From Bacilli bacterium (GTDB taxonomy: Bacteria; Bacillota_I; Bacilli_A; RF39; UBA660): a stretch of DNA of 64,000 nucleotides. Location: NCBI GenBank assembly GCA_016295795.1, contig JAEDKN010000001.1, positions 6,845-70,844 on the forward strand, read 5' to 3'. Shown here piece after piece: positions 31,827 to 42,506 of this stretch. Below the pieces are notes generated by a model. The model had not been told where the DNA came from. It did not search any database and saw nothing but the letters and a program-made list of their open reading frames with translations. Made by a program: the position numbers and the translations under genes. How positions within the stretch are numbered: position 1 is the first letter of the stretch; every line of letters begins with the position of its first letter.

Positions 31827-32924
31827 TTAAACATTAAATCTAAAATGGCAAATGTCACCATCTTGCATAATATAATCTTTTCCTTCTAGTCTTGCACGCC
31901 CATTTTCTCGAACTTTCAGTTCGCTGCCATATCTTATTAAGTCTTCATAAGAGATTACTTCTGCTTTGATAAAGCCTTTTTCAAAATCCGAATGAATAAT
32001 ACCTGCACATTCTTTTGCGTTCATTCCTTTTCTAAAAGTCCAAGCCCTTACTTCGTCACTACCCACTGTAAAATATGTTGCTAAACCTAAAATATCATAT
32101 GTTGTTTTAATAAGTTTATCTAGTCCGCTTTCTTCTATGCCAACTACTTTTAACATTTCTAATTTGTCAGCATCATTTAATTCACTTAACTCTGATTCAA
32201 GCTTTGCACAAACCTTTATTGTTATTGATCCCTCATTTTTTGCATACTCTTCAACAATATTCACATATTTATTATCATTTAATATTTCATTTTCAGATAC
32301 GTTTGCTAAATATATCATAGGCTTAATAGTTATAAGATTAAAATTTTTTAAGAGTAACAGTTCTTCATTTGTAAATTCAATAAGTCTCAATGGTATTCCT
32401 TTTTCTAAAGCATCTTTTGCCTTTTGTAAAGTTTCAAGCTCCGTTAGGGCATCTTTGTCTCTGTTAGTTTGTGCCTTTTTACTAATTCTCGCAATCCGTC
32501 CATTTACTATTTCTAAATCTGAAATTGCAAGCTCAACATTAATAATTTCTATATCTCTAATTGGATCAATTCCATTTTCTACATGAATTATATTATCGTC
32601 CTCAAAACATCTTACTACATGACATATTGCATCAACTTCTCTTATATGAGAAAGAAATTTATTTCCAAGACCTTCTCCTTGAGAAGCCCCTTTTACTAAG
32701 CCTGCTATATCAGTAAATTCAAAACTAGTTGCAATAGTTCTCTCTGGAATATACATGTCCTCTAGTTTTTGCAATCTAATATCAGGAACTGTAACAGTCC
32801 CTACATTTGGATCGATTGTTGCAAACGGGTAATTAGCAGCCAAAATATTTTTCTTAGTTATCGCATTAAATAGTGTAGATTTACCAACGTTGGGCAAACC
32901 TACTATTCCAGCTTTTAATCCCAT
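31827..32924 (-). CDS. ychF: Ribosome-binding ATPase YchF (Obg family)
   Basis: GIVGLPNVGKSTLFNAIT G1 motif and a TGS C-terminal domain. Confidence 0.95.
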   Translation of the reverse strand: MGLKAGIVGLPNVGKSTLFNAITKKNILAANYPFATIDPNVGTVTVPDIRLQKLEDMYIPERTIATSFEFTDIAGLVKGASQGEGLGNKFLSHIREVDAICHVVRCFEDDNIIHVENGIDPIRDIEIINVELAISDLEIVNGRIARISKKAQTNRDKDALTELETLQKAKDALEKGIPLRLIEFTNEELLLLKNFNLITIKPMIYLANVSENEILNDNKYVNIVEEYAKNEGSITIKVCAKLESELSELNDADKLEMLKVVGIEESGLDKLIKTTYDILGLATYFTVGSDEVRAWTFRKGMNAKECAGIIHSDFEKGFIKAEVISYEDLIRYGSELKVRENGRARLEGKDYIMQDGDICHFRFNV

Positions 32925-32935
32925 AATTACACCTC

Positions 32936-34525
32936 CTATAAAGTAGAATTAACACCGATTCCTATTGGAGCTCCCAATAGATACCATCCTATTATTATTA
33001 GCAGCCAACTTAACGCAATTATTAAACAATAAGGCATTATGTAATAAATGGCTTTTTTTATAGTAATGGTTTCCTTATCGCTATTGTATATATTTAAATA
33101 GCCAATGTAAATAACGAAATATGCAAGCAAAGGAGTAATTCCCTTAGTCATTGAATCGGCTGCTCTTAAAATAAATTGGGCAAATTGTGGACTTATATTT
33201 GATTGCATCATCATCGGAACGACAACCGGAGCCATTATTTCCCATTTTCCTATAGGCGTTGTTACAAATAAATTGCATATAGCAATTAATATAACAACAA
33301 TTAGTATAAGAGGAATACCCGAAAATGATAATTGTGATATAAGCTTAGTAGCTAGAGCTACTAATACAGGCCCAATATTTGTCTTTCTAAAAACCGCTAT
33401 AAATTGTGATGCAAAAAATATTAAAGCGATAAGAACTCCTAAGTTACTTAAATACTCCCCACATTTATTTATTAAATCTTTATCATTCTTAATAGATTTT
33501 GTACTTATTCCATACGTAATACCGGTTATTACAAAAAACAAAGATATCACATATGTAAATCCATCCTGAAAGTATGAATTTTCACCAAAAACCTGCTTTA
33601 AATATGTTGTTTCACTCATATCAAGCAATAAACCTGAAAAAGGAAGAGACGGTATAAGCATATAAATGAAACATATTGCAAATATAATTGCAACTATAAA
33701 AGCTCTTTTCAATCCTTTTTTTTCTCTTAATTCTATTTCTATTTTATTTTGTTCGCTTTCATTTATTGAATCTAAATTTATTTCTTTCGTAGAAAAATCT
33801 ACTTCAGCTTGTTTTGCTTTACCTATTTTAGGAGCAATAATTTTTTCAATAATAATTGTTCCTATTAAAGATAATATTATTGTTGTAACTATTATTATTA
33901 TCAAATTTGAAGTTAAACTAACATGAAAATTCGAATCTATTAATCTTGCTGCAGCGGTTGTTTCGGGAATCAAATTAACCTCCATAGAACCAACAAAAAT
34001 TGTTGCCCCATATCCAAATGCCACGCCGCAAAACGCAGTAATTATTCCCAATATTGGATTCCTTTTGTTAGCACTAAATATTAAAGCACTAAGAGGTATT
34101 AAAATTACATATCCCACATCATTTATTAAACTTGATATAGTAGCAATAAGTATTATTATGAATGTCAACTTTTTATTGTCAATATTAAGTGTTATCCTTT
34201 TTGTGAAAGCATCTATTAAGCCAGTAGCATATGCTACAGATAATCCGATTAAAGAGATTAATAAATTACTTAGTGGAGTAAATCCAGCAAAATTTTTCGC
34301 AGCATTGCTAATTATAAATTTAAGTCCATCATAATTTAATAAATTTTCTACTGTAAGTAATACCGTTTCCAATTCAAGTGTGTTTGCATTTATCTTATTA
34401 TAGGTTGCTTGAATTTGCAGTGCAGAAAAAATTCCACTTAATATTACTACTACAATTGTTAATATTATAAACATGAATATAGGATGGATATTAAATTTTT
34501 TAAGCTTTAATGTTTTCTTTTTCAT
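32936..34525 (-). CDS. AbgT family transporter (putative)
   Basis: A 529-aa polytopic membrane protein. The N-terminal ...NIHPIFMFIIL matches the AbgT l-P-H-P signature region. Confidence 0.5.
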   Translation of the reverse strand: MKKKTLKLKKFNIHPIFMFIILTIVVVILSGIFSALQIQATYNKINANTLELETVLLTVENLLNYDGLKFIISNAAKNFAGFTPLSNLLISLIGLSVAYATGLIDAFTKRITLNIDNKKLTFIIILIATISSLINDVGYVILIPLSALIFSANKRNPILGIITAFCGVAFGYGATIFVGSMEVNLIPETTAAARLIDSNFHVSLTSNLIIIIVTTIILSLIGTIIIEKIIAPKIGKAKQAEVDFSTKEINLDSINESEQNKIEIELREKKGLKRAFIVAIIFAICFIYMLIPSLPFSGLLLDMSETTYLKQVFGENSYFQDGFTYVISLFFVITGITYGISTKSIKNDKDLINKCGEYLSNLGVLIALIFFASQFIAVFRKTNIGPVLVALATKLISQLSFSGIPLILIVVILIAICNLFVTTPIGKWEIMAPVVVPMMMQSNISPQFAQFILRAADSMTKGITPLLAYFVIYIGYLNIYNSDKETITIKKAIYYIMPYCLIIALSWLLIIIGWYLLGAPIGIGVNSTL

Positions 34526-34527
34526 AG

Positions 34528-34731
34528 CTATTCTCCATTAATTATTTTTTTGACTTTCTTGTTAAATTCTATTCTAGGAATCATAATAGTTCTTTTACAA
34601 TTATTACATTGTATTTTGATATCTGCACCTACTCTAACAACTTTCCATTCATTTTCTCCACATGGATGTGATTTTTTCATTATTACAATAGTCCCAACAT
34701 CATATTTTTTATCGTTCATATCATACCTCAA
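34528..34731 (-). CDS. DUF951 family protein (YyzM-like)
   Basis: A 67-aa protein, DVGTIVIMKKSHPCGENEWKVVRVGADIKIQCNNCKRTIMIPR, located between ychF and spo0J as in B. subtilis. Confidence 0.75.
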   Translation of the reverse strand: MRYDMNDKKYDVGTIVIMKKSHPCGENEWKVVRVGADIKIQCNNCKRTIMIPRIEFNKKVKKIINGE

Positions 34732-34735
34732 TTTT

Positions 34736-35623
34736 TTAATATTTTATTTGTAGTATTTCTAATATTCTATTCAAATCTCTATCATTAGTAAAAGATATTT
34801 CTATTTTTTTGCTGCTTATTCTCACTTTTGTTCCTAATTTTTCAGAAATATTTTCTTCCAAATATTTATATTGAGGATCCTTTTTATTAATTTTTATTTT
34901 ATGATTCTTTTCAACACCGTTTTTTTGTGATATTGCTTCTATATCTCTAACATTTAATTTTTCATCAACAATCTTATTAGCTAGGTTAATTATTTCTTCC
35001 TTATCTCTAATTTTGCTTAATACCCTCGCATGACTCATTGATATTTTCTCAGAAGCAATCATTTCCTTTACTTCATCCGGCAAATTTAAAAGGCCTAACA
35101 TATTTGTTATATGACTACGACTTTTGCCAAGTTTCAACGCTAATTCTTCTTGGGTTATTTTTAATGTATCTATAAGTTTTTGATAAGCACCGGCTTCTTC
35201 TATAGAATTTAAATTTTCTCTTTGTAAATTTTCTAGAAGAGCTATTTCCATCATATCTTCATCTGAAAAATCTCTAATTATAGCAGGAATTGTTTCCCTG
35301 CCTGCCAAAAGAGAAGCTCTATACCTTCTTTCACCAGCGATTATTTCATAACCCTTAATACTCCTTTTTACAATTATTGGTTGGAATACTCCATGTTCTT
35401 TTATTGAATTAGATAATTCTTCTAACTTTGATTCATCAAAAACCTTTCTTGGTTGATATGGGTTTGGTCTAAGTTCCGACAACTTAATTTCTGTAATTTC
35501 TTCTTTTGGAGTAGTACTTACTATTTTTTCCTCAAATTTATTTAGATCTAGTTGTTCATTATTAAAAAGTTCTTCTAATCCCATTCCAAGGGCTCTTCTT
35601 TTAATTTGTTCCATTTCTTTCAA
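34736..35623 (-). CDS. spo0J: Chromosome partitioning protein ParB/Spo0J
   Basis: ELRPNPYQPRK ParB box I, GERRYRAS box II, and an HTH. Confidence 0.92.
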   Translation of the reverse strand: MKEMEQIKRRALGMGLEELFNNEQLDLNKFEEKIVSTTPKEEITEIKLSELRPNPYQPRKVFDESKLEELSNSIKEHGVFQPIIVKRSIKGYEIIAGERRYRASLLAGRETIPAIIRDFSDEDMMEIALLENLQRENLNSIEEAGAYQKLIDTLKITQEELALKLGKSRSHITNMLGLLNLPDEVKEMIASEKISMSHARVLSKIRDKEEIINLANKIVDEKLNVRDIEAISQKNGVEKNHKIKINKKDPQYKYLEENISEKLGTKVRISSKKIEISFTNDRDLNRILEILQIKY

Positions 35624-36392
35624 TCACTTCCTTTGCTAAATTTAAGTAAGCTTCTGTACCTTTACTCTTTGGATCATAAACAACAATTGGTTTTCCATGA
35701 GAAGGAGCTTCCGTTAACCTTATTAATCTTGGAATAATTGTATTATATACTCTCTCTTTAAAATACTTCCTTATATCTTCTACAACTTCAAATCCCAAAT
35801 TAGTTCTAGAATCAAGCATTGTTAATAACACTCCCTCTATATCTAAATTAGGATTTAAACTTTTTTGTGCCATCATTATTGTATTTAACAATTGCATTAT
35901 TCCTTCTAGTGCAAAAAATTCACATTGTACAGGAATAATAACTGAGTTTGATGCGGTAAGCGCATTTGTAGTAATAAGACCTAATGATGGTGGACAATCC
36001 ATTATTATGTAATCATAGTTGTCCTTTACTGTTTCTATTTTATTCTTCAACTGACCGCCTTTACTAAAAGCTGGTTCTTCTCTACTTTTTTCAATTAATT
36101 CAATATCTATACCTGCCAAATTTATGGTTGCTGGTAAAACATCTAATCTTTTATATTTGGTCCTGATAATAGCTTCATCGATTGAACATTTATCAGTTAA
36201 CACATCATAAACACTTTTGTCTATATCTCCTTTGCTTACACCAATTCCAGTCGTCGCGTTTCCTTGAGGATCTAAATCTACTAAAAGAACTTTTTTACCC
36301 AAAACTGCTAAAGATGCAGAAAGATTTATACTTGTTGTTGTTTTTCCAACGCCGCCTTTTTGATTAACTAATGAAATTATCTTTCCCATCAT
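35601..36392 (-). CDS. soj: Chromosome partitioning ATPase ParA/Soj
   Basis: A deviant Walker A motif, NQKGGVGKTTT. Confidence 0.95.
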   Translation of the reverse strand: MMGKIISLVNQKGGVGKTTTSINLSASLAVLGKKVLLVDLDPQGNATTGIGVSKGDIDKSVYDVLTDKCSIDEAIIRTKYKRLDVLPATINLAGIDIELIEKSREEPAFSKGGQLKNKIETVKDNYDYIIMDCPPSLGLITTNALTASNSVIIPVQCEFFALEGIMQLLNTIMMAQKSLNPNLDIEGVLLTMLDSRTNLGFEVVEDIRKYFKERVYNTIIPRLIRLTEAPSHGKPIVVYDPKSKGTEAYLNLAKEVIERNGTN

Positions 36393-36504
36393 ATCACCTT
36401 TTCCTTAAACTTCTATTTCTATTCTATCAAAAAAAAGATTTTTTTTAAACGTTTTTTGATAAAAAAAGATAGTTAAGAACTATCCAATTTTTAACTTGAA
36501 TTTA

Positions 36505-37707
36505 TTAATCTTTATCTACTCTAATTACTATTTGGTAAAAATCCTCAAAATCAAATTCTTCTACTTCTATCTTACTTCCAGATTTTTTAATATTTTCTAT
36601 TGTATCTTTTATCTTATTAACCGTCAAACTTACATCTTTTTTCTCCTTTGATGGTTGTGAAGACACTATATCATTAATATTAGGGAAGAATTGATTATTA
36701 TTCACATCATCACTATTCTTTTTAGTCTCAACTGGCATAGCAGAAAAATTCTTATATAAATTATTTTCAAAACCAATATTATTTGATTGCTGAGTCTCTT
36801 GTGTAGGTTGTTTTACTGTCTCCTCAAGACTCATTCCAGCCAAAAGACCACTTCCACCAATAATTTCTTCTTTTGGCATATTTGAATTAGAATTCATTGC
36901 GTTATCCAAACTTTGTCCATAGCCATTATCAATTGGCCTTAAAATTTGAGACATATCTGTAATTTGCGAATCATTATTGTTTGATATATTTTCAGGATTG
37001 CTATGAATTTTATCAACTTCTACTTCTAGAGGTTCTATATTGCTAAATGATTGAGGGTTAAAAATAGACTGATTATCATTTTTTATATTATTATCTTCTT
37101 TTCCGTTTTCTACGGTTTCTCTTTTTATTTCTTCATCCAATTCGCGAACAGTCATTCGGCTAGATATTACTTTTCTTAAAAGTTCAACTTGTTTTTGTGG
37201 ATCCTCAACGTTTAAAAGACTTCTTGCGTGGCGCTCAGATATTTGCTCATGCAAAAGGGCATCTTGTACCTCATCTGTCAATGACAGCAATCTTAATTTG
37301 TTTGAAACTGCTGATTGAGACTTTCCCATAGTTTTAGCTAATTCTTCTTGAGTAAGAGCATCTAATTCTAAGATTTTCTGATATGTCCTTGCTTCCTCTA
37401 TTGGTGTTAAATCTTTTCTTTGCAAATTTTCAATTAATGCAACTTTTGAACTTTCTTTATCATCTAAATTTTTAATTATAGCCGGAATCTTTGTTAACCC
37501 TGCCATAGTTGATGCTTTATATCTTCTTTCTCCAGCAATTATTTCATATTTTTCACCAATTTGCCTTACAACAATAGGTTGAATAACTCCATGTTCTTTT
37601 ATTGAAACAGCAAGTTCCTTTAATGCCTGTTCATCAAAATTTTCTCTTGGTTGAAATCTATTCGGTATAATATCATCTAGATATAAATATCTTACCTCAT
37701 TTTCCAT
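36505..37707 (-). CDS. noc: Nucleoid occlusion protein Noc (ParB paralogue) with an unusually long low-complexity C-terminal extension
   Basis: It sits between soj and rsmG, the noc position. The ParB N-domain carries IIPNRFQPRE and GERRYKAS motifs, with an HTH. Residues from about 200 to 400 are N/S/Q-rich and low-complexity. Confidence 0.75.
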   Translation of the reverse strand: MENEVRYLYLDDIIPNRFQPRENFDEQALKELAVSIKEHGVIQPIVVRQIGEKYEIIAGERRYKASTMAGLTKIPAIIKNLDDKESSKVALIENLQRKDLTPIEEARTYQKILELDALTQEELAKTMGKSQSAVSNKLRLLSLTDEVQDALLHEQISERHARSLLNVEDPQKQVELLRKVISSRMTVRELDEEIKRETVENGKEDNNIKNDNQSIFNPQSFSNIEPLEVEVDKIHSNPENISNNNDSQITDMSQILRPIDNGYGQSLDNAMNSNSNMPKEEIIGGSGLLAGMSLEETVKQPTQETQQSNNIGFENNLYKNFSAMPVETKKNSDDVNNNQFFPNINDIVSSQPSKEKKDVSLTVNKIKDTIENIKKSGSKIEVEEFDFEDFYQIVIRVDKD

Positions 37708-37765
37708 ATTACAACCTCCATTTTATTCTTTATTCTCAATTTATTATACATTATTCTTTTTTTTT

Positions 37766-38467
37766 TTACAATGATTTTTTTATTTTATCCATACTCCTTG
37801 GATACTTTTTTGGTGTTGAAGAAAACTTTTTAATGTCAATTAGTGTCCTTTCACTATTCTCAATTGGTAATTTGAAATTTTGGATATTATTTATTTTACC
37901 GTTTAATTTTGATATTATTTCCTTTGAACTTTCTAGTTCTTCAATATATGAGGCCTTCATCAATATTAAGTGCCCTCCTACTTTTAATGATTGAAAGGAA
38001 ATTTCTGATAATACTTGTATTTTAGCAACAGCCCTAGAGGTTATTATGTCAAACTTTTCAATATTATTTTTAGAATAATCTTCCATTCTAATATGTATTG
38101 CTTCTATTTCACTCATTTTTAATTCTTGAATTACATGATTTAAAAAAGTTATTCTCTTATTTAAAGAATCTATTAGTGTAACTTCTAAATGTGGGAAAAC
38201 TATTTTTAAAATTATCCCTGGAAAACCCGCACCTGTACCAACATCACACAAAGACATATTCTTATTAAAATCAATTATTTTGCAAAGCGTTAAACTATCA
38301 TAAAAATGTTTTAAATAAACGTCTTCTTTATTAGTTATAGATGTTAAATTAATTTTTTCATTCCAAGAAATTAATAGTTGATAAAATTTTTCTAATTGTT
38401 CTAATTGTTTTTCTGTTAAATTAAGTCCTATTTTTTTTGTTTCTTTTATAAATATATCTAAATTCAT
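37766..38467 (-). CDS. rsmG: 16S rRNA m7G527 methyltransferase RsmG (GidB)
   Basis: LCDVGTGAGFPGI SAM motif. It overlaps the mnmG stop by 4 nt. Confidence 0.93.
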   Translation of the reverse strand: MNLDIFIKETKKIGLNLTEKQLEQLEKFYQLLISWNEKINLTSITNKEDVYLKHFYDSLTLCKIIDFNKNMSLCDVGTGAGFPGIILKIVFPHLEVTLIDSLNKRITFLNHVIQELKMSEIEAIHIRMEDYSKNNIEKFDIITSRAVAKIQVLSEISFQSLKVGGHLILMKASYIEELESSKEIISKLNGKINNIQNFKLPIENSERTLIDIKKFSSTPKKYPRSMDKIKKSL

Positions 38468-40332
38468 ATTCGCTTTTCCTTTTTTAAATACACCATTAAA
38501 ATTGAAATATCTGACGGATTAACTCCACTAATACGAGAGGCTTGAGCAATAGTTGTTGGTTTTATACTGCATAGTTTTTGTCTGGCTTCGCTTGCTAAAT
38601 TCTGAATATTTTCATAATTAATATTTTCTGGTATTTTTAATTTTTCTAAATCTAACATTTTTTCAGCCTCGCGATTGGCTTTATTAATATATCCTTCATA
38701 TTTATCTTGAATTTCTACCTGCTCCATTACTTCTTTAGAAAAATCAATGTTTATCCAATGTTTTAAAATTTCGATTGTGATTTCTGGTCTTTTTAATAAT
38801 TCATATAAAGTAATACCATCTAATAACCTTGTTGAATTAATCCTTTCTAGATATTTATTATTTTCTTCAGTTGGATTTATTTTATTAGATTTTAGTAAAT
38901 CTGTTAATTTTTGAATTTCTCCTTTTTTCTTTAAAAATCTCTGATATTTTTCCTCAGAAATTAAACCAATATCATAGCCATATTCTCTTAATCTTAAATC
39001 GGCATTATCGTGTCGAAGAAGTAACCTGTACTCTGCGCGAGATGTTAACATTCGATATGGTTCCTTTGTCCCCTTAGTAACTAAATCATCAATCAAAACT
39101 CCAATATAAGCTTCATTTCTTTTCAACACGAAAGGTTCCTGTTTATGAATTTTTCGTGATGCATTAATACCTGCTATTAATCCCTGTCCTGCTGCTTCTT
39201 CGTAACCACTTGTTCCATTAATTTGACCTGCAGTAAATAGATTCTCTATTATCTTTGTTTCTAAGGATTGTTTTAATTGTAAAGGATCAAGCGCATCATA
39301 TTCTATTGCATAAGCATATTTTAGTATATTGGCATTTTCAAGCCCTGGAAGTGAATGCACCATCAAATCTTGAATTTTTTCTGGCATGCTAGTAGAAAAT
39401 CCTTGAATATAAATATCGTCATAATACAAACTTTCTGGTTCTAAGAACAGTTGATGCCTTTCTTTATCTTTAAATCGTACTACTTTATCTTCAATAGATG
39501 GACAGTATCTTGGGCCAATTCCTTCTACATAACCACCATACATACTAGATTTTTCTAAATTTTCCATAATTATTTTATGTGTCTCAGGTGTTGTATAAAT
39601 TAAATGACATGGTACTTGATCTTCAACCTTATATAGGGGAATATTAGTAAAAGAAAAAGTATGTGGCTCATTATCACCTGGTTCAATATTTGTTTTAGTA
39701 TAATCAATACTATTCTTAGCAATTCTTGGAGGAGTTCCGGTTTTTAATCTTTGAATATTAAAACCATATTCTTTTAATCTTTGGCTTAAAAATTTAGAGG
39801 TTTTTTCGCCATGTGGTCCACTTGTTGTTTTTTTATCTCCTCTTAAAATAACCGCTTTTAAATAAGTTCCTGTAGTTAGAATTACTGCCTGTGCTTCAAT
39901 TTTTTCACCATTTTCTAATACTACACCTTTTACTATACTATTTTCTATTATTAAATCTTCTACTAATGATTCTAAAACATTTAAGTTTTCTTGTTTTCTA
40001 ATAGTTTTCAACATAGCTTTTGGATAAGTAATCTTATCCCCTTGTGCACGTAAAGCTCTAACCGCTGGACCTTTTTTTGTATTTAACATTTTTACTTGAA
40101 TACAACTATGATCGATGTTATTAGCCATTTCGCCTCCTAAGGCATCAATTTCTCTAACTATAATTCCTTTTGCAGGACCCCCAATAGATGGGTTACAAGG
40201 CATGTCAGCTATATTATTTATATTACCTGTTACTAATAAAGTTTTATTTCCAAGGCGAGCAGATGCCAACGATGCTTCGCATCCAGCGTGTCCTCCACCT
40301 ACTACAATAATATCATATTGCATTTTTATCAC
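38464..40332 (-). CDS. mnmG: tRNA uridine-5-carboxymethylaminomethyl synthesis enzyme MnmG (GidA)
   Basis: YDIIVVGGGHAGCEA FAD-binding N-terminus, 622 aa. Confidence 0.96.
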   Translation of the reverse strand: MIKMQYDIIVVGGGHAGCEASLASARLGNKTLLVTGNINNIADMPCNPSIGGPAKGIIVREIDALGGEMANNIDHSCIQVKMLNTKKGPAVRALRAQGDKITYPKAMLKTIRKQENLNVLESLVEDLIIENSIVKGVVLENGEKIEAQAVILTTGTYLKAVILRGDKKTTSGPHGEKTSKFLSQRLKEYGFNIQRLKTGTPPRIAKNSIDYTKTNIEPGDNEPHTFSFTNIPLYKVEDQVPCHLIYTTPETHKIIMENLEKSSMYGGYVEGIGPRYCPSIEDKVVRFKDKERHQLFLEPESLYYDDIYIQGFSTSMPEKIQDLMVHSLPGLENANILKYAYAIEYDALDPLQLKQSLETKIIENLFTAGQINGTSGYEEAAGQGLIAGINASRKIHKQEPFVLKRNEAYIGVLIDDLVTKGTKEPYRMLTSRAEYRLLLRHDNADLRLREYGYDIGLISEEKYQRFLKKKGEIQKLTDLLKSNKINPTEENNKYLERINSTRLLDGITLYELLKRPEITIEILKHWINIDFSKEVMEQVEIQDKYEGYINKANREAEKMLDLEKLKIPENINYENIQNLASEARQKLCSIKPTTIAQASRISGVNPSDISILMVYLKKEKRI

Positions 40333-40405
40333 TTCCTCTTTTTTCTGGAATTATTATACAATAATTTTTATGTTTTACGAGTTTTTTTTTAATATATTAA
40401 AAAAT

Positions 40406-40423
40406 TATTTCCCGGGAAATAAT
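40406..40423. promoter_or_regulatory. Copy 1 of the perfect palindrome TTATTTCCCGGGAAATAA, in the mnmE-mnmG intergenic region
   Basis: Direct reading. It lies about 74 bp upstream of the mnmG start codon. Confidence 0.5.
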
Positions 40424-40481
40424 TTTTGAAATTAAATTATATTTTATGAAGCATAACTACACTTATCTGAATTAATTTTTT

Positions 40482-41837
40482 TTACTTTCCTAGGCAAAAC
40501 TGACTAAATAATTGATCTATTAATTCTTCGTCATATGTCTCTCCTATTATTTCTCCTAGTTTTTCCCAAGCACGTTTAATATCTATTTCTATCATATCTA
40601 CTGGCACTTGATTTTCTATTCCTATTTCTACCTCTTCTAAAATATAATTTGCCTCTTTTGCAAGCGAAATTTGTCTTACATTGCTGAGATACATATAATC
40701 TTCATGTTCTAATTCATTTAAATTGAACAATTCTGTTATTTTTTCTTTTAAGGAATCAATTCCTCCTAAATCTACTGTATTTGTATATATAATATTTTTA
40801 TATTGAATTTTTTCAATATTAATTTTTCTTTCTAAGTCATTTTTATTAATTACAACAATTGTCTTTTTCTCTTTACAAGCTTCTAATATTTTTTCGTCTT
40901 CTTCTGAAAGTTCTTCGTTATTATTTAATACTAAAATTACTAAATCAGCTTCTAATATCAATTTTAAACTTTTTTCTACTCCTAGTTTTTCAACAACATC
41001 TTCTGTTTCACGAATTCCCGCAGTGTCTATAATATTTAACGCTACGCCATTAATTGTAATACTTCCTTCTACAGTGTCTCTAGTCGTTCCCTCAATATCT
41101 GTAACTATAGCTTTCTCTTCATCTAATAATCTATTTAAAATACTGCTTTTTCCAACATTTGGTTTACCAATTATAATAGTCTTAATACCAGTAGTCAAAA
41201 TTTTTCCGTTTTCCGATTCATTAATAATTTTTGATAATTTTCTTTTAATTTCTATTATTTTAGGTTTAATTATATCATTCGTCATAACAATTGCATCATC
41301 ATATTCGGGATAGTCGATATTTACTTCAATCGACGCTAGAAGTTCTAATATTTCTTGTCGAAGGTCTCTAATAATATTACCAACATAACCATTTAATCCA
41401 TTGATAGCTACTTTTCTTTTAGATTCACTTTTTGAACTAATCAAATCCATTACTGATTCTGCTTGCGTTAAATCAATTCTACCATTCAAAAATGCACGCT
41501 TAGTAAATTCTCCGGGTTCTGCCAATCTTGCTCCATTATTTAGTACTATTTCTAATACTTTATTTGTAGTAGAAATGCCTCCATGACAATTTATCTCAAC
41601 AATATCTTCTGTTGTAAAAGTTTTTGGAGATTTCATAACTGTTACTAAAACTTCATCTATTATCTCATTTTTTTCTTTAATATTACCATAATGTATTGTA
41701 TGAGAATCTACTTTTTCCAAATCTTTTCCCTCAAAGATCTTATTTACAATCTTAATTGAGTCTTTTCCACTTACTCTAATAATAGAAATAGCACCTACAC
41801 CTATAGTAGTTGAAATTGCAGCAATTGTATCAGTCAT
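40482..41837 (-). CDS. mnmE: tRNA modification GTPase MnmE (TrmE)
   Basis: G-domain motifs GKPNVGKSS, DTAG and NKND, with the C-terminal CLGK motif. Confidence 0.96.
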   Translation of the reverse strand: MTDTIAAISTTIGVGAISIIRVSGKDSIKIVNKIFEGKDLEKVDSHTIHYGNIKEKNEIIDEVLVTVMKSPKTFTTEDIVEINCHGGISTTNKVLEIVLNNGARLAEPGEFTKRAFLNGRIDLTQAESVMDLISSKSESKRKVAINGLNGYVGNIIRDLRQEILELLASIEVNIDYPEYDDAIVMTNDIIKPKIIEIKRKLSKIINESENGKILTTGIKTIIIGKPNVGKSSILNRLLDEEKAIVTDIEGTTRDTVEGSITINGVALNIIDTAGIRETEDVVEKLGVEKSLKLILEADLVILVLNNNEELSEEDEKILEACKEKKTIVVINKNDLERKINIEKIQYKNIIYTNTVDLGGIDSLKEKITELFNLNELEHEDYMYLSNVRQISLAKEANYILEEVEIGIENQVPVDMIEIDIKRAWEKLGEIIGETYDEELIDQLFSQFCLGK

Positions 41838-41891
41838 AAAATAAACCTCCTTTTCATATTATATTAACATTTTTTTATATAAAAAGAAAGC

Positions 41892-42506
41892 TTATTTGCT
41901 TTCTATGTATTTTACTATCACCGCTCTGTTAGGTTCCTCGCCTACACTCTCAGTTTTTATGTTATTGTAATCAGATAAAATAGTATGTACTACTCTTCTT
42001 TCATAAGAATTCATTGAGTCCAATTTTACATCTGTTTTAGTTTTTACAACATCTTTTGCTATATTTTTAGCTAATCTTTCAATTTTATTTTTATGTTTTA
42101 ATTTATATTCACTTACATCTAGAACAAATGGAAAATAAAATCCTAATTCATTATATAAGTATTGTTTTAAAATATTATTTAAAGCTTCAATTGTTCGTCC
42201 TTGTTTACCAATTAAAATATTATTATTATCACTAAAAATAGTAACAGTTGTTATTCCTTCTCGTTCTTTAATTTCAAACTTTGTTTTTATTCCCATCAAA
42301 TTTATTATTTTTTCTAATTTGTTTTTTATTTCTGAAATAATTTCTTCTTTTGTTATAACCTCAATTTCAACTTTTTTAGATTTAAATATTCCACTTTTTA
42401 TTTCTATTTCGTTAAAGAAAAATTCACTTTCTTTACACTTTAAAGTCTCTGCTGCTAACATTTTTGCTTCTTCTAAATTTTTTCCTATAAAACTATTTTT
42501 TTTCAT
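41892..42506 (-). CDS. jag: RNA-binding protein KhpB/Jag (KH plus R3H)
   Basis: A C-terminal R3H motif (ERRVVHTIL...GEEPNRAVIV). It lies downstream of yidC. Confidence 0.88.
   Translation of the reverse strand: MKKNSFIGKNLEEAKMLAAETLKCKESEFFFNEIEIKSGIFKSKKVEIEVITKEEIISEIKNKLEKIINLMGIKTKFEIKEREGITTVTIFSDNNNILIGKQGRTIEALNNILKQYLYNELGFYFPFVLDVSEYKLKHKNKIERLAKNIAKDVVKTKTDVKLDSMNSYERRVVHTILSDYNNIKTESVGEEPNRAVIVKYIESK

Noticed and set aside
40333-40481. A possible DnaA-box cluster in the mnmE-mnmG (thdF-gidA) intergenic region, as in B. subtilis
   Set aside because: Only weak partial matches (TTATCACTT, 2 or more mismatches) are present. The notable element there is the ATTTCCCGGGAAAT palindrome, not DnaA boxes.
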